The position numbers and the translations under genes are program-made. From Eledone cirrhosa (taxonomy: Eukaryota), in the NCBI GenBank assembly GCA_964016885.1, contig OZ024760.1:2356001-2420000 (forward strand): a stretch of 64,000 nt of DNA, read 5' to 3'. This document shows positions 62,470-64,000 of the stretch, piece after piece. Under the pieces are notes generated by a model. That model was given only the letters and a program-made list of their open reading frames with translations. It searched no databases and was not told the origin of the DNA. Position 1 is the first letter of the stretch, and each line of letters begins with the position of its first letter.

Positions 62470-63272
62470 TTACATATGGTTTTCTTCTGGTATGAATATA
62501 TTTGTCTCCAGTATAATTACATTGATGAGTAGTTAAGTTATGGTTCAGTGAGAGTGATTTGCCAGATATCACAGTGAAATGGTTTCTCAAGTATGAAAGT
62601 TTTTGAGATTAAGCAGCTTGCTACTGAGAATGATTTACCCCAGATATCACAATGATATGATAGTTCTCCTGTATGAATTCATTTATGAATTATTAAGTGG
62701 CCTTTTTGAGAGAATGATTAGCCACTGGTATCACTGCGATAAGGTTTCTTTCAAGTATGAATATGTTTATGAGTAGTAAAGCTGCTTGCTTGAGAGAATG
62801 ATTTACCACAGATATGGCAGTGATATAGTTTCTCTCCTGTATGAATTTGTTCATGATTTGTTAAGTGGCCTTTTTGAGATAATGATTTACCACAGATATC
62901 ACAGTGATATGGTTTCTCTCCTGTATGAATTTGTTCATGATTTGTTAAGTGGCCTTTTTGAGATAATGATTTACCACAGATATCACAGTGATATGGTTTC
63001 TCTCCTGTATGAATTTGTTCATGATTTGTTAAGTGGCCTTTTTGAGAGAATGATTTACCACAGATATCACAGTGATATGGTTTCTCTCCTGTATGAATTT
63101 GTTCATGATTTGTTAAGTGGCCTTTTTGAGAGAATGATTTACCACAGATATCACAGTGATATGGTTTCTCTCCTGTATGAATATATTTGTGAATTGTTAA
63201 GTTGCCTGCTTGAGAGAATGATTTACCGCAGATATCACAGTGATATGGTTTCTCTCTTGTATGAATATGTTT
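62470..63272 (-). pseudogene. C2H2 zinc-finger array, probably a pseudogene or disrupted terminal exon
   Basis: Six in-frame fingers ([19 protein letters not shown]) at 62751-63272, followed by decayed fingers with stops and frameshifts down to ~62470. The 5' side runs into (TA)n with no real start codon or splice acceptor. Confidence 0.85.
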
Positions 63273-63285
63273 ATATATATATATA

Positions 63286-63552
63286 TATGTAATAAATAAC
63301 ACAATATAATTATTCCATTACCCAAGGTTTCATGAAGACAGGCGACCCCAACAGAGGCATCCAAAGTCGTTCATCAGAAGGAAAATTTAATATTAAATTT
63401 TCCTTCTGATGAACGACTTTCGACGCCTCTGTTGGGGTCGCCTGTCTTCATGAAACCTTGGGTAATGGAATAATTATATTGTGTTATTTATTACATAATT
63501 GAATAACTCTGTACTATACATAGAGAACTCCTCTTTCCCAAGGAAATACTTT
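63286..63552 (+). mobile_element. Fold-back PLE-like element with a hammerhead motif in each arm
   Basis: ~105-bp arms centred on AATATT (63389-63394). TTCCTT-CTGATGA...GAAA-CCTTGGG-TA-ATGGAA at 63400-63470, mirrored at 63313-63383. Followed by a tail and (TA)n. Confidence 0.75.
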
Positions 63553-63569
63553 ATATATATATATAGAAA

Positions 63570-63825
63570 GGAATGTGGCTGAGTGGTTAGAGAATTGGAT
63601 TCACAAACATGAGGTTGTGAGGTTCATTCCCGGACTGGGCAATGTGTTATGTCCTTGAGCAAGACACTTTATTTCACATTGCTCCTTCTACCTGGATTTG
63701 CGACTGATAGATAGTATTAGCAATTGGAAAGACCAATGGAAACATTGTTTCCTTGGTCCGATTTGACGAGCTCCACCCCACTTGTTAAGTGAATGAGGTC
63801 TGGGATCTCGTTGATCAACTGTCGA
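63570..63825 (+). mobile_element. Family B SINE
   Basis: TGGCTGAGTGG A box, GTTCATTCC, then TGTCCTTGAGCAAGACACTT. Confidence 0.75.
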
Positions 63826-63838
63826 TATATATATATAT

Positions 63839-64000
63839 ATAGGAAAAAGTATGACCCCGACGGCAGAGCTCAAGCCGTTTTGACAGCTATTTTTAGTTCA
63901 GAAATAGCCGTCGAAACGCATTGAGCTCTGCCGTCGGGGGTCATACTTTTTCCTATTTCCCACTCTACTACTCTAAGTATTGAGTACTCTGGTGCCTTTC
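63839..64000 (+). mobile_element. Fold-back element (45733 family), runs off the window
   Basis: Arms 63839-63892 and 63901-63956; tail CCCACTCTACTAC..AAGTATTGAGTACT. Confidence 0.7.

Overview
This is AT-rich, repeat-dominated eukaryotic DNA, most likely from a cephalopod such as Octopus. That assignment is inferred from the SINE families, the extreme microsatellite load and the style of the C2H2 zinc-finger array. Nearly all ORFs in the track are translations of microsatellites. Real coding content is limited to three things: (1) one apparently intact L1/Tx1-clade retrotransposon (37815-43543, minus strand; ORF1 with a CCHC knuckle, ORF2 with APE, RT and CCHC domains), sitting with four 5'-truncated relatives in a single (GATA)n tract; (2) CR1/L2 and RTE-type LINE fragments; (3) a disrupted C2H2 zinc-finger array (62470-63272). 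The most striking unannotated signal is a dense population of short non-coding elements from several unrelated families, inserted into (TA)n tracts. Many form fold-back hairpins with a unique tail, and about ten carry type I minimal hammerhead ribozyme motifs with a palindromic stem III. One family has a compensatory U3-A8 core. This matches Penelope-like element (PLE) pseudo-LTR derivatives, but no PLE ORF is present in the window. Coordinates were read by eye and may be off by a few bases.
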